Positions 1 through 9,882 of a stretch of 64,000 nt of DNA are shown piece after piece. The stretch's first letter is position 1, and each line of letters starts with the position of its first letter. The position numbers and the translations under genes were made by a program. The DNA is taken from sequence record NC_071039.1. The stretch is one strand, 5' to 3'. The notes below the pieces were generated by a model. It had not been told where the DNA came from. It saw only the letters and a program-made list of their open reading frames with translations, and ran no database searches.

Positions 1-2
1 AT

Positions 3-452
3 GCAAATGCAGATCCACTAGCGCACCGCAAGGTAATCGGGGAAAAAGAGAAAAAAGCTATTGCTCGTAAAATGCGAGTATTGCGACTGAAATATTTTTT
101 CGCCGAATTAAAGGAAAAAATTTGCAGTATTCGTTTTACTAAACATCATCTAATTCATTGGCGAAATACTATGTGGCTCAACGCTGCATTTTTCCTCCGC
201 GGCTTGATAGGGATTATGACCTTCGGCCTAGTTGAGCTAGAACTAACTGGCAAACCGTCTACTTACCGAGCTGTTTCTGCTGCTGTGCTCCGAGAGAACC
301 TAGAGCGACAGCTAGCAGAGACAGAAGCATATAAGTCCGGAGAACAAGTCCTAGTAGGTACTAGTAGTTCGGATTCAAAACGGCAAACAGTTGCCGATGC
401 GAGCGAAGATGAGTTGGACGACTGGCTTAAGCACTTTTCCGGACGCAGCTAA
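3..452 (+). CDS. 5'-truncated hypothetical protein (frame is open from the window edge)
   Basis: The frame of the ORF-track ATG at 72 has no stop back to position 3 (ANADPLAHRKVIGEKEKKAIARK-MRVLRL...). Acidic C-terminus. Followed by a terminator. Confidence 0.7.
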   Translation, partial: ANADPLAHRKVIGEKEKKAIARKMRVLRLKYFFAELKEKICSIRFTKHHLIHWRNTMWLNAAFFLRGLIGIMTFGLVELELTGKPSTYRAVSAAVLRENLERQLAETEAYKSGEQVLVGTSSSDSKRQTVADASEDELDDWLKHFSGRS

Positions 453-467
453 GACCTGCATAGTTGT

Positions 468-497
468 AAAAGGGCACTTGACAAGTGCCCTTTTTTT
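468..497 (+). terminator. Intrinsic terminator, near-perfect palindrome
   Basis: AAAAGGGCACTTG-A-CAAGTGCCCTTTT followed by further T, 15 nt after the stop at 452. Confidence 0.85.
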
Positions 498-507
498 GCC
501 ATATAAT
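478..507 (+). promoter_or_regulatory. sigma70-type promoter overlapping the terminator
   Basis: TTGACA (478-483), 18 nt spacer, TATAAT (502-507), then GGAAAAGGA upstream of ATG 528. Confidence 0.75.
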
Positions 508-527
508 ATAGGAAAAGGAATTTCTAT

Positions 528-824
528 ATGATTAACGGCGATTGGTCTAAATTAACAGATGAAGAATTACAGTCTAGATTGATGAAAGCAAGGGAATATT
601 TAAATCAAGCACATATGGCTGGCCATCATACCTTAATACACAGTGTAGAAATAACACTGGCACAACTAGAAGAAGAATACGAATACAGGATGACCAAGGC
701 ACGTAATGAGCAATTAACAAAAGAAAATATGGCAAAAGGTATAGATCCCCTCGCTCCTATTAATTTAGGTAAAGTATCGGGTGACCCAACTGCATTAGAC
801 CGTATAACAAAAAGGAACAAATAA
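528..824 (+). CDS. hypothetical protein
   Basis: 98 aa ORF with SD; abuts the next gene (TAAATG). Confidence 0.7.
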   Translation: MINGDWSKLTDEELQSRLMKAREYLNQAHMAGHHTLIHSVEITLAQLEEEYEYRMTKARNEQLTKENMAKGIDPLAPINLGKVSGDPTALDRITKRNK

Positions 825-1532
825 ATGTTTGCTGACGTACAAGGGTTTTATTCTTTTAAAAGAAAATTTAAAACACACGTTCTTACTTCTGTATTGAAAG
901 AAACTGAATGGGAAATTATAATTGGATTCGTTCCTGCAAAGGATGCAAGCAACGGAGAAGATTTAATTGATTTTGAAGTTCAAAAAAATATAATAGATTA
1001 CTGGATTTCTAATTACGTAGAAGGCAGTATTATCGTTGATATGAGCGATACTAGAATTTCTATGTTGTATGATATAGCAGAAAATAACATAATAGGTGTT
1101 CCTAGTTTTCCTAAAGATTTAAAAACGCTAGCAATGGTTTTTCATTCTAAGATTTCATCTATAACAGATGGCAAACTATCTATAGGTGACATTATTATAT
1201 CAGACGATAGTAATTTTAGTTACACATTTGGAAAACATATAGATGAAATATACGATCTTCCTACAATAGACGATATGTTTCCTAATGAAGATGAAAAACC
1301 CATATGGGACGTGCCGTGGTGGGATAGGGTTGATGTAGATACATTTGATTATGTTCCTGATTTAGAAAATCGTACATTAGAAGAAGTACAAATGTCTGTT
1401 TGTACAAGACATGTGTTAAATGATATTAACGATAAATTCGAAGCTGCAATAAAAGAAGAATTGGGAATAAATGTAGAAACTGAAGACAATGTTGTAGACA
1501 TAGTTGATGTTTTAAATGAACGACAAATATAA
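825..1532 (+). CDS. hypothetical acidic protein
   Basis: 235 aa ORF, coupled to both neighbours. Confidence 0.75.
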   Translation: MFADVQGFYSFKRKFKTHVLTSVLKETEWEIIIGFVPAKDASNGEDLIDFEVQKNIIDYWISNYVEGSIIVDMSDTRISMLYDIAENNIIGVPSFPKDLKTLAMVFHSKISSITDGKLSIGDIIISDDSNFSYTFGKHIDEIYDLPTIDDMFPNEDEKPIWDVPWWDRVDVDTFDYVPDLENRTLEEVQMSVCTRHVLNDINDKFEAAIKEELGINVETEDNVVDIVDVLNERQI

Positions 1533-2025
1533 TAGAAAAGAAATAACTATATCAACAGGCATAAATATCCTTTTGCAAGGGAACCAGCTGGGAGATCCAC
1601 TCTTTGTTGACAACGAAGACATAAACAAGTATAATATGCACGTAGAACAAGTATTAGGGTTGCATAAACTTAATACGACGAAACACTTAACTTGTTCTGT
1701 TGATGAATTTCATGAAAAAATGTCTTCAGAATGGTTTATGCCACCGGAATTTAAAAATATAGATATAGATTCTTTTATATTAAATTTATGTGACACTGAT
1801 GCACAAAAAGAAAGAGTATTAATGGAACTGAAACTCTTTCAAGAACGCGGTTTATACAATATGCTAAGATTTATGATATATTTTGTATCATATATGAGGG
1901 AAAATTGCCTTATCTGGGGTGTGGGTCGCGGGTCTAGTGTTGCATCTTATGTATTATTTTTAATAGGCGTGCATAAAGTAGATTCACTAAAATATAATTT
2001 AGATATAAAAGAATTTCTAAAATAA
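1516..2025 (+). CDS. short DNA polymerase III alpha (DnaE)-like fragment
   Basis: WGVGRGSSVASYVLFLIGVHKVDSLKYNLDIKEFL matches the DnaE palm motif GxGRGS...LGIT.IDP....L.FERFL; preceded by an R..xEL segment. Only 169 aa. Confidence 0.75.
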   Translation: MNDKYNRKEITISTGINILLQGNQLGDPLFVDNEDINKYNMHVEQVLGLHKLNTTKHLTCSVDEFHEKMSSEWFMPPEFKNIDIDSFILNLCDTDAQKERVLMELKLFQERGLYNMLRFMIYFVSYMRENCLIWGVGRGSSVASYVLFLIGVHKVDSLKYNLDIKEFLK

Positions 2026-2037
2026 AAGGAGTTAATT

Positions 2038-2379
2038 ATGCAAAAAAAATCTAACAATGGCGTATTAGTAGATATGGATTCACTCCGTATTCAAAATGAA
2101 AATGTAGTTGCAGTAGGAAACATGAATGTTAACGCAAAAGGCGACAAGTTAGGTCCAGGCGGCGAAATTATAGAAACTGCTGCCGAGCGAGTTCACAGAT
2201 ACCATTCTGAACATCAAACAGAAACTGCAACAGCTTCTATCAAACCCAATCTAGATGAAGAAGATGAGCACGAAGAAGTAGTACAATCTAAAAAAGTTAC
2301 AAAAGAAAAACGTAAGAAAGAAATTATAGATGACGAAGGGAACATTACTATAACAGAAGATAGTAATAAAGATATTTAA
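2038..2379 (+). CDS. hypothetical protein
   Basis: 113 aa ORF with AGGAG SD. Confidence 0.7.
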   Translation: MQKKSNNGVLVDMDSLRIQNENVVAVGNMNVNAKGDKLGPGGEIIETAAERVHRYHSEHQTETATASIKPNLDEEDEHEEVVQSKKVTKEKRKKEIIDDEGNITITEDSNKDI

Positions 2380-2380
2380 A

Positions 2381-2707
2381 ATGAATATAATACCACTTCA
2401 TAACAACATTATTGTAACTAATTTTAAAAAAGGCGAACGCACTGTAGGCGGTATTATTTTTACAGATGATAACGGTAAGTCACACGGCATCCGCGCTCGG
2501 TGGGCACAAGTATCCCATATAAGAGAAGATCAAAAAGATACATTTGTTGTAGGCCAATGGGTGTTAATTAAGCATGGGCGCTGGTCCCGTCCAGTACACA
2601 CTACAGATCAAAATGTATATTACTGTGCTGAAATAGATTCTATTTTATTGATATCCGATGAAGAGCCAGAAGACAATATAATAGTAGAAACACGAGTTTA
2701 TAATTAA
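2381..2707 (+). CDS. groES: GroES-like co-chaperonin
   Basis: N-terminal IIPLHNNIIV plus mobile-loop RTVGGIIF, VVGQWVLI, and C-terminal EIDSILLI; 108 aa. Confidence 0.8.
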   Translation: MNIIPLHNNIIVTNFKKGERTVGGIIFTDDNGKSHGIRARWAQVSHIREDQKDTFVVGQWVLIKHGRWSRPVHTTDQNVYYCAEIDSILLISDEEPEDNIIVETRVYN

Positions 2708-2720
2708 GGCATAATATCTA

Positions 2721-3650
2721 ATGAAAGAATTATGGACAGAAAAATATCGTCCTAAAAAAGTAGAAGATTACGTATTTACTAGTGAACAGCAAAAGAAGCA
2801 AGTACAAAGTTGGATAGACAATAAAAGTATTGGAAATCTTTTGCTTACTGGTACGCCCGGTGTAGGCAAAACTACTTTAGCTAGGTTACTGTTAAATGAA
2901 TTAGGAGTAATGGATGCCGATTGTCTGTTCATTAACGCATCTAGAGATAACGGTGTAGATTTTATTAGGGACACAGTTAGTGGGTTTGCTTCTACATTAC
3001 CGTTCGGTGATTTTAAATATATTATACTAGACGAGTGTGACCATTTAAGTATAAATGCACAAGCAACACTTCGTGGAATATTAGAGCAATATTCAAATTC
3101 TTGTAGATTTATTCTTACAGGTAATTATCAAAATAAAATCATCCCTGCATTACATAGTCGTTGTCAGAGTTTCCACGTAGAAAAAGTAGATGAAGTTGAA
3201 TTTACTACACGAATGGCGACTATACTTTTAAATGAAGGCATTAGTTTTGAATTAGAAGTGTTAGACGATTTCGTAAAATCTACGTATCCTGATCTTAGAA
3301 AATGCATTAATGTACTTCAACAGAATACAACTAGTGGTGTATTAGAAATACCGCAAGCATCTAGTGTAACAACAGAAGATTATAAGATTAGTGCAATTGC
3401 TCTGTTTAAAAATGGAAAATATTCCGAAGCAAGGCAACTTATATGTAAACAAATACGACAAGAAGAGTATGATGATATGTATAGGTTTATGTATGATAAT
3501 TTAGATCTTTGGGGTGACACTGATGATCAAAAAGATAGTGCAATTCTTATTATTAGAAATGGCTTATCTAAACACTCATTAGTTGCTGATCCGGAAATAA
3601 ACTTATCAGCAACAATTATAGAACTAGAACGAAACAGACGAGGACTTTAA
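2721..3650 (+). CDS. clamp loader ATPase subunit (T4 gp44 / RFC small-subunit family)
   Basis: LWTEKYRP, Walker A GTPGVGKT, INASRDNGVD, Walker B ILDECD, SRC motif (LHSRCQ). Confidence 0.93.
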   Translation: MKELWTEKYRPKKVEDYVFTSEQQKKQVQSWIDNKSIGNLLLTGTPGVGKTTLARLLLNELGVMDADCLFINASRDNGVDFIRDTVSGFASTLPFGDFKYIILDECDHLSINAQATLRGILEQYSNSCRFILTGNYQNKIIPALHSRCQSFHVEKVDEVEFTTRMATILLNEGISFELEVLDDFVKSTYPDLRKCINVLQQNTTSGVLEIPQASSVTTEDYKISAIALFKNGKYSEARQLICKQIRQEEYDDMYRFMYDNLDLWGDTDDQKDSAILIIRNGLSKHSLVADPEINLSATIIELERNRRGL

Positions 3651-3651
3651 C

Positions 3652-4014
3652 ATGGTTTCAACTAAACGAGCATACATTGTACTGACTCATCGATATTCAC
3701 TAAAGAAATACACTAAAGATCAATGGGAAGTAACAGAAGAGTGTTCATTTCTTAATAAATTGCCGAATTCTGTATTGCTTCAATCGTCTGTTATTTTAGA
3801 TGCAAAGGCAGAAACTGTATATAAAAATAGAACAGAAGGCAATGCGTCATATAACGAAATTGCAAAATATGTTGCTGAAAAATATCCCATTCAGTTTGGG
3901 CAATTTTATAGCCTTTTAGGTAAAGAGAATCCGTTTGCAATAAAAGAATCAAATACTGCCAACGAAGAAACTACAGAACCCGAAATTAGCGAGACAGAAT
4001 CTAGTGAGCAATAA
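3652..4014 (+). CDS. hypothetical protein
   Basis: 120 aa ORF in an operon-like arrangement. Confidence 0.65.
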   Translation: MVSTKRAYIVLTHRYSLKKYTKDQWEVTEECSFLNKLPNSVLLQSSVILDAKAETVYKNRTEGNASYNEIAKYVAEKYPIQFGQFYSLLGKENPFAIKESNTANEETTEPEISETESSEQ

Positions 4015-4600
4015 TCTTATACTAGTAGATGTTGATGGTGTACTTTTAAAATGGTATCCCGAATTTTTAAATTTTTTGAAATCTAAAAACCTTATACCGC
4101 AAGATAGTAATATTGTTGCATCTACGTATGATATGGCATCTGACTTAAAATTAGATAAAGATGCTATTAATGAACTTATAACAGAGTTTAATAATTCTAG
4201 TGCAATGCGATATCTGTCTCCCATGGATAACGCAGTAGATGCTATTAATAAATTAAAAGATAAAGGATTTAGTTTTGTTGCTATTAGTAGCTTAAGTGGG
4301 AAAGAACATGCACTAGATAACAGAAAATACAATATCTCTGAAGTATTCGGCAAAGAAGTGTTTGATGAAGTCCACTGCATAGAGCCCGGACTAAGTAAAG
4401 AAGAATTGTTAAAGAAATATTCTAAAGATGCAATTCTCTGGATAGAAGACCATCCGGGTAATGCAGAATTAGGTCATAAACTCGGTATAAGAACTGTTCT
4501 TGCACTTCATCCTCATAATACAAATGTAAAAACTTCTAAAAATATTATAAGGATTGATATAGACAAACTTTGGACCGAAATAGAAAATATTGTAAACTAA
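4004..4600 (+). CDS. HAD-family 5'(3')-deoxyribonucleotidase-like phosphatase
   Basis: Motif I LVDVDGVL, ISS motif II, K..., WIEDHPGN motif IV. Start is GTG. Confidence 0.8.
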   Translation: MSNNLILVDVDGVLLKWYPEFLNFLKSKNLIPQDSNIVASTYDMASDLKLDKDAINELITEFNNSSAMRYLSPMDNAVDAINKLKDKGFSFVAISSLSGKEHALDNRKYNISEVFGKEVFDEVHCIEPGLSKEELLKKYSKDAILWIEDHPGNAELGHKLGIRTVLALHPHNTNVKTSKNIIRIDIDKLWTEIENIVN

Positions 4601-4602
4601 CA

Positions 4603-4636
4603 AAAATAAAACCCTAACTAGTTAGGGTTTTATTTT
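4603..4636. terminator. bidirectional terminator (perfect 34 bp palindrome)
   Basis: AAAATAAAACCCTAACTAGTTAGGGTTTTATTTT between convergent genes. Confidence 0.85.
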
Positions 4637-4654
4637 GGGTTTAATAATTAGACA

Positions 4655-4684
4655 AAATAAAAGGGGCATATGCCCCTTTTATTT
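4655..4684. terminator. bidirectional terminator (perfect palindrome)
   Basis: AAATAAAAGGGGCATATGCCCCTTTTATTT at the phoH stop. Confidence 0.85.
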
Positions 4685-5456
4685 AATTAATGTCCTTATA
4701 CATTTCTAAAATATCTTCAATCAGTGGATGACGTTTAATATCCTTTGAAGTAAATTTAATGACACTTATGTGTTTATTGCCGCCTGCTCTATCGAGTCTT
4801 TCTAAGAAATCTTTTAGTCCATTTACTTCGAAACCCCGATCGTGTTGCTCTATATCGCCAGTAACTATCATTTTACAATTCTCACCTATTCTTGAAAAAA
4901 GCATTTTAGACATGTTAGGCGTTGTATTCTGTATTTCGTCTGCTAATATAACACAATTTTTAAATGTTCTGCCTCTCATATATGCAAGGGGAGCAATTTC
5001 TATAATTTCTTCCATAAGCATTTGTTCTATTTCGACAGGGGAATAATATTCTTTAAACACATCCATTATTGGTATTACCCAAGGAGCCATTTTATCTATT
5101 AGCGTGCCTGGCAAAAAACCGTGTTCTTCGTCAACTGATACTGCTGGCCTAGTAATTACAATCTTATCGCATTTACCTTCTTTATATGCTTTAATTGCAT
5201 ACATAGATGCTAGTAATGTTTTTCCGGATCCCGCAGGACCTGTTGCAAATACAATGTGCTGTGTATCGTCTTCCAACGCGTCTACATATTCTTCTTGTGC
5301 TAAGCTTTTTGGTATTAGCTTAACTTCTTGTTTTCTTTGTATAGATCTTACTTGTTTAGTATTAGTAGACGGCTGAACAACATTGTTAGTTACTAGATGA
5401 AAGGTACTGTTAGGACCTTCGCTTGCTCGAGCTTTGCGCTTATCACGTTGTTTCAA
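4683..5456 (-). CDS. phoH: PhoH-family ATPase
   Basis: LIPKSLAQEEY, GPAGSGKT, ITRPAV, GFLPG, APLAYMRGRTF, DEIQN, GDIEQHD, RHPLI. TTG start with AGGAG SD (5465-5469). Confidence 0.95.
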   Translation of the reverse strand: MKQRDKRKARASEGPNSTFHLVTNNVVQPSTNTKQVRSIQRKQEVKLIPKSLAQEEYVDALEDDTQHIVFATGPAGSGKTLLASMYAIKAYKEGKCDKIVITRPAVSVDEEHGFLPGTLIDKMAPWVIPIMDVFKEYYSPVEIEQMLMEEIIEIAPLAYMRGRTFKNCVILADEIQNTTPNMSKMLFSRIGENCKMIVTGDIEQHDRGFEVNGLKDFLERLDRAGGNKHISVIKFTSKDIKRHPLIEDILEMYKDIN

Positions 5457-5526
5457 AAGTATGACTCCTGGTTAAAATCTTATTTTTAGTGTGATAATAT
5501 GTATAAAGATCTAATCTTTACATTGT

Positions 5527-5534
5527 TATTTATG
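5527..5534 (-). promoter_or_regulatory. candidate T4-like late promoter (CATAAATA)
   Basis: Recurrent (G/C)ATAAATA motif upstream of phoH. Confidence 0.45.
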
Positions 5535-5601
5535 TGTGTTATTATACATTAAGACTTAAGAAAAATCTACATCTAATTTTAAATATTAAGATTAATGTGT
5601 A

Positions 5602-5609
5602 GATAAATA
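5602..5609 (+). promoter_or_regulatory. candidate T4-like late promoter (GATAAATA)
   Basis: Same motif 24 nt upstream of ATG 5633. Confidence 0.5.
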
Positions 5610-5620
5610 TAATATATTAT

Positions 5621-6154
5621 TTGGATAGTAAAATGAACAAACACAATGCAGATACTGCTAGAGAGAATTTAGTTCAAATAGCAGGAAATAATAAAGTATT
5701 AGATATGCTCATAGAATTAGAAAAAACATTAGATAACTGTAATGTTTTTTCTTATGCAAATTGGAATAAAGGAGAATTAGTTGCCGGACCCTTTATTTCT
5801 AGATATTGGGTTACTACTACCTGGATGTACAATGAAAAAGATATGCCAGATCCCGATGCAGGATTGCGTTTACTAAAATACGGTTGCAAAGTAAAGTACG
5901 AAAGGGATGTTTTTTTAGAACCAAAAAAAGTAACAGGTAGACCTGACTACGAAAACCCAGCTACTAAGCAAGCAAAAATAGAAGAATTGCCTATTTGGTT
6001 AGTGACAATAACTATGCCTAGGAAATTTATAGACGAAGCAATAATAGATGGCATGCAGGATTTCTCTAACGTAGATGACATAGATCCTAGTGCAATAGCC
6101 GATGTAGAAGCAGCAGGCGAAAACGGAATAAACGATGTAGATGGAAATCTATAA
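5621..6154 (+). CDS. hypothetical phage protein
   Basis: 177 aa ORF; the ATG at 5633 is a more likely start than TTG 5621. Confidence 0.75.
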   Translation: MDSKMNKHNADTARENLVQIAGNNKVLDMLIELEKTLDNCNVFSYANWNKGELVAGPFISRYWVTTTWMYNEKDMPDPDAGLRLLKYGCKVKYERDVFLEPKKVTGRPDYENPATKQAKIEELPIWLVTITMPRKFIDEAIIDGMQDFSNVDDIDPSAIADVEAAGENGINDVDGNL

Positions 6155-6183
6155 AATTATTCCATATTATAAAGGGGTATATA

Positions 6184-6885
6184 ATGTTAGCTAGACACTC
6201 ATTAAAAGGAACCGTATTACCTATAATTTCGGTGGATGAGTATATGCCTAAATCTGGAACACAGGAAGAAGTTATAGTCATTGCATTCTATACCATTGAC
6301 GAAGACCCTGCGTTTGATTTAGACGATTTTATAGAAAAAAGTTTTATAGAAGTATTAGATGTCGATGTAAGTCCCAATCCCGACGAAAACGGAAATTATT
6401 TAGTATTTGTAGAATTAAAAAGAAAAGCAGGCTTCTTTGAAAAATTTTACAAGATTATAAAAGATGTAGAAAATGTGTCTGGAAAGCAAGACTGGTTAGT
6501 TAAAGCATATCTTTGTAACGAATTACTACCATACAATGACGAAAGACTATTAGATTATATAATATTACTAGATGACGAAGAAGCATCAATAACAGAAAGT
6601 GTAATATCTATGCTTACTGACAGCGATATATCTTCTGCTCACATAGATGATTCTAGAATATACATATCTAATTCTCATAGAACAGTAAGTTTTGAGCCAT
6701 TGTATATAGGCGAAAAAGCATTTAATAGTTTAAAACTAAATGAATGTGCTATAGAACTATCTAATGTAGATAGTAATGTTGCTTTATTATCGGCATTTTT
6801 AGGTAAAAAATGGGAAGTATATAAACTAAACGAATATATAATACTTCAACACCAATCTAAGCAACCTATTATAGCCAAATTATAA
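6184..6885 (+). CDS. hypothetical phage protein
   Basis: 233 aa ORF with AAGGGG SD. Confidence 0.75.
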   Translation: MLARHSLKGTVLPIISVDEYMPKSGTQEEVIVIAFYTIDEDPAFDLDDFIEKSFIEVLDVDVSPNPDENGNYLVFVELKRKAGFFEKFYKIIKDVENVSGKQDWLVKAYLCNELLPYNDERLLDYIILLDDEEASITESVISMLTDSDISSAHIDDSRIYISNSHRTVSFEPLYIGEKAFNSLKLNECAIELSNVDSNVALLSAFLGKKWEVYKLNEYIILQHQSKQPIIAKL

Positions 6886-6889
6886 TCAA

Positions 6890-6916
6890 AAAGCACTTAT
6901 TTTCGATAAGTGCTTT
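6890..6916 (+). terminator. hairpin / probable terminator
   Basis: AAAGCACTTAT-TTTCG-ATAAGTGCTTT immediately after the stop at 6885. Confidence 0.6.
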
Positions 6917-6923
6917 AACTATC

Positions 6924-7613
6924 ATGAAGAATTGGCAAACAATCCTTGGCGTATCTGCTAATCCCACAGAAAAACAGATAAAGACTGCATATAGAAAACT
7001 TGCATCAAAATATCATCCTGACAGAAATAAAGATAAAGATGCAGAAAACATGTTTAAACAAGTAAGGGAAGCATACGAATATGCAATAAAATGGATTTCT
7101 ATTAAAACAGAACAATACACAGATACAGTATATATTCCATTAAAATACCAAAATAAAGGCGGCAAATTCAAGACAGCTAATCATAAATTTATTATAGAAA
7201 TTCCGCCACATTTCCCTCATAATTCACAAAAAATAATAATAGTAAACAATTCTATATTATTAGTTACTGTAATATTCATACATGATACATTTTCTATAGC
7301 TCAAAATGGAATAGATGTATATGCAACTATTTCTGTAGAAAGTCTCGACATAATTATGGGCACAGAAATAATAGTTGAGCATCCGTACGGAAATAAGATA
7401 AAAGTAGGTATACCTACATCATTTGTATCTGGATCTAAAATACTAGTGAAGAATAAAGGTATTAAGAATACATATACAGTAAACAATATTTTAGAAACCA
7501 TAACAGGTCATTTGTATATAACTGTCAACATGTTCACAAAAGTTCGTTTGACTAAAAGTAGCGATACTAGTATACTACTAACGTACAAAGCAAAACCATA
7601 CACAATCTCGTAA
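6924..7613 (+). CDS. J-domain co-chaperone (DnaJ/CbpA-like, no zinc finger)
   Basis: ILGVS...[18 protein letters not shown]...[11 protein letters not shown]-domain with HPD; C-terminal DnaJ_C-like segment ([11 protein letters not shown]...TGHLYI). Confidence 0.9.
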   Translation: MKNWQTILGVSANPTEKQIKTAYRKLASKYHPDRNKDKDAENMFKQVREAYEYAIKWISIKTEQYTDTVYIPLKYQNKGGKFKTANHKFIIEIPPHFPHNSQKIIIVNNSILLVTVIFIHDTFSIAQNGIDVYATISVESLDIIMGTEIIVEHPYGNKIKVGIPTSFVSGSKILVKNKGIKNTYTVNNILETITGHLYITVNMFTKVRLTKSSDTSILLTYKAKPYTIS

Positions 7614-7622
7614 GGGGTACAC

Positions 7623-9842
7623 ATGGATAGCCAAAAGAAACTGAATACCGTACTTACTGAAGCAAAAAAACTTGCAGTAAGTCACCAACACGAAGCCATT
7701 ACTTCAGATCATGTATTGTATGTTTTATTAGGATACGACGAAGTAAAGGACTGTGTTAAAAACTGCAATGCAGACCCGGATCAATTAACTAAAGCAGTAT
7801 CTGATTTCCTTGTTACCCAGTTAGGAAAATCCCGACACATAACTGATATGAATATTGATATCAGTCCCTCTCTTAGTCGCTGGTGCCAGCAATTGGCAAC
7901 TAAAATTGCATTAGATCCTAACAAAGCAATGACGTATGTCGATATGCTCGATGCACTCATCAAAGACACCAGTTGCAATGCAAGCCAGCTTCTCGCGCAC
8001 TACGGTGTTACTACTGCTGTAGTAACTGAAGCTAAGAAATCTGCAGAAGCAGAATCCCTCATAAAGTCGTTTACTCGCAATCTTAACGACGAAGTATCTG
8101 AGGGCAAAATCGATCCGGTTATCGGCCGGGAAACTGAACTAGAAGAAGTTATCGAAGCCCTCGCCCGCCGGCGAAAAAACAATTGCATTCTTACCGGCAA
8201 AGAAGGTGTGGGTAAGACAGCAATTGCCGAAGGGTTGGCGATGAAAATCGTTAACGGCGAGGTGCCCGAAGCAATTTCTGACAAACAAGTTATTTCACTC
8301 GATATCGGCGCGATGATGGCAGGCACTAAATATCGCGGCGAGTTCGAAGAGCGCATGAAAGCGCTGCTCGACGAACTAAAAGCAATGAAAAATGCCATCG
8401 TCTTCATCGACGAAATACATATGATCATGGGCGCCGGCGCAAGTAATGGTTCGTCAGTAGACGCCGCTAACCTGCTCAAGCCGGAATTAGCAAAAGGAAC
8501 ACTTCGTTGCATAGGCGCAACTACCTACGACGAATATAGTACACACTTCGAAAAAGATCGGGCATTAATGCGCCGGTTCCAAAAAGTGGATGTTCCGCCG
8601 CCTAGTGTAGGCGACACTAAAAAAATAGTTGCCGGACTAAAGCAATATTACGAAGAGTTCCATGGTGTCAAATACGATGTAGGGACTCTAGATCTAGCAG
8701 TCGATTTGACTGAACGATACATCAAAACTCGGCACCAACCCGACAAATCAATCGATGCAATAGACTTAGTCGGCGCCAGAGCTAAATTAGCAGGGATCTC
8801 TACCATTACCGAGCGTATGGTCATAGAAACTGTAGCTAAATTAGCTCATATGCGTCCGGAAATGCTGGATAACACCGAAAACGACACTATTGCTCGTCTA
8901 GAAGGTAACCTCAAACACGATGTGTTTGGGCAAGACGAAGCTATTAACAAGCTCTGCGAAGCAGTAATGGTACACAAAGCAGGACTTCGAGATGCTAATA
9001 AGCCGATCGGTAACTTCTTATTAGTAGGTCCGACCGGTACTGGCAAAACGTTCTTGGCAAAAAAACTATCCCAACATATGGGTATTCCATTAGTGCGGTT
9101 CGATATGTCTGAATACCAAGAACAGCATAGCGTCGCCCGGCTGCTGGGCGCACCGCCCGGATATGTAGGGCACGGGGAAGGTGAAGCCGGCGCCGGGCAG
9201 TTAATCTCTGAGATTGAAAAAAATCCCAACTGCATCTTGTTGCTAGACGAAATCGAAAAAGCACACCCGAAGGTATTTAGTACATTCCTTCAAGTGATGG
9301 ATGACGCCCGGCTAACTTCGTCAACTGGCAAAACTGTATTCTTCGGTAACGTTTTGCTACTAATGACATCTAATTCCGGCGCCGCACAAGCTGCTAAAGC
9401 ATCAATCGGATTTGGAAATAATTTTAACGACGGTGCAATAGATAGCGCAGTTACAAAAGGATTTGCGCCTGAATTCCGGAACAGGCTCGACGGCATTGTT
9501 AAGTTCTCGGCGCTCACTATTAACGAAATGTCTAAGATTGTAGACACTGAGTTTGCTAAAGTGCAAGCAAGTGTACTAGAAAAAGGCGTATCGTTGATCC
9601 TTACCCAAGAAGCACGTCAAAAATTAGCAACAGATGGGTATGATCCTAAGATGGGAGCCCGCCCGCTCGCGAGGCTGTTCCAAGAGAAAGTCAAGTTGCC
9701 GCTGTCAAAGCTGATGCTACTTGGCGATCTTAAAAATGGCGGTCACGCAGAAGTCAGGGTAGTAGCAGACGAAGTTGTAGTTATACAAGCAATTGCCCCT
9801 GCTACTAAAGCTAAAAAGAAAATAGACCAAACTGTAGTTTAA
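7623..9842 (+). CDS. clpA: ClpA-type Hsp100 AAA+ unfoldase
   Basis: Clp N-domain, DPVIGRE, Walker A GKEGVGKT, KYRGEFEER, FIDEIH, second module GPTGTGKT, FDMSEY, GAPPGYVG, LLDEIEKAHP, IGF loop, PEFRNRLD, MGARPL. No ClpB middle domain at this length (739 aa). Confidence 0.93.
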   Translation: MDSQKKLNTVLTEAKKLAVSHQHEAITSDHVLYVLLGYDEVKDCVKNCNADPDQLTKAVSDFLVTQLGKSRHITDMNIDISPSLSRWCQQLATKIALDPNKAMTYVDMLDALIKDTSCNASQLLAHYGVTTAVVTEAKKSAEAESLIKSFTRNLNDEVSEGKIDPVIGRETELEEVIEALARRRKNNCILTGKEGVGKTAIAEGLAMKIVNGEVPEAISDKQVISLDIGAMMAGTKYRGEFEERMKALLDELKAMKNAIVFIDEIHMIMGAGASNGSSVDAANLLKPELAKGTLRCIGATTYDEYSTHFEKDRALMRRFQKVDVPPPSVGDTKKIVAGLKQYYEEFHGVKYDVGTLDLAVDLTERYIKTRHQPDKSIDAIDLVGARAKLAGISTITERMVIETVAKLAHMRPEMLDNTENDTIARLEGNLKHDVFGQDEAINKLCEAVMVHKAGLRDANKPIGNFLLVGPTGTGKTFLAKKLSQHMGIPLVRFDMSEYQEQHSVARLLGAPPGYVGHGEGEAGAGQLISEIEKNPNCILLLDEIEKAHPKVFSTFLQVMDDARLTSSTGKTVFFGNVLLLMTSNSGAAQAAKASIGFGNNFNDGAIDSAVTKGFAPEFRNRLDGIVKFSALTINEMSKIVDTEFAKVQASVLEKGVSLILTQEARQKLATDGYDPKMGARPLARLFQEKVKLPLSKLMLLGDLKNGGHAEVRVVADEVVVIQAIAPATKAKKKIDQTVV

Positions 9843-9852
9843 CACTACTCCT

Positions 9853-9882
9853 AAAAATAGCCCCGAACGGGGCTATTTTTTT
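9853..9882 (+). terminator. intrinsic terminator
   Basis: AAAAATAGCCCC-GAAC-GGGGCTATTTTTTT after the clpA stop. Confidence 0.9.
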
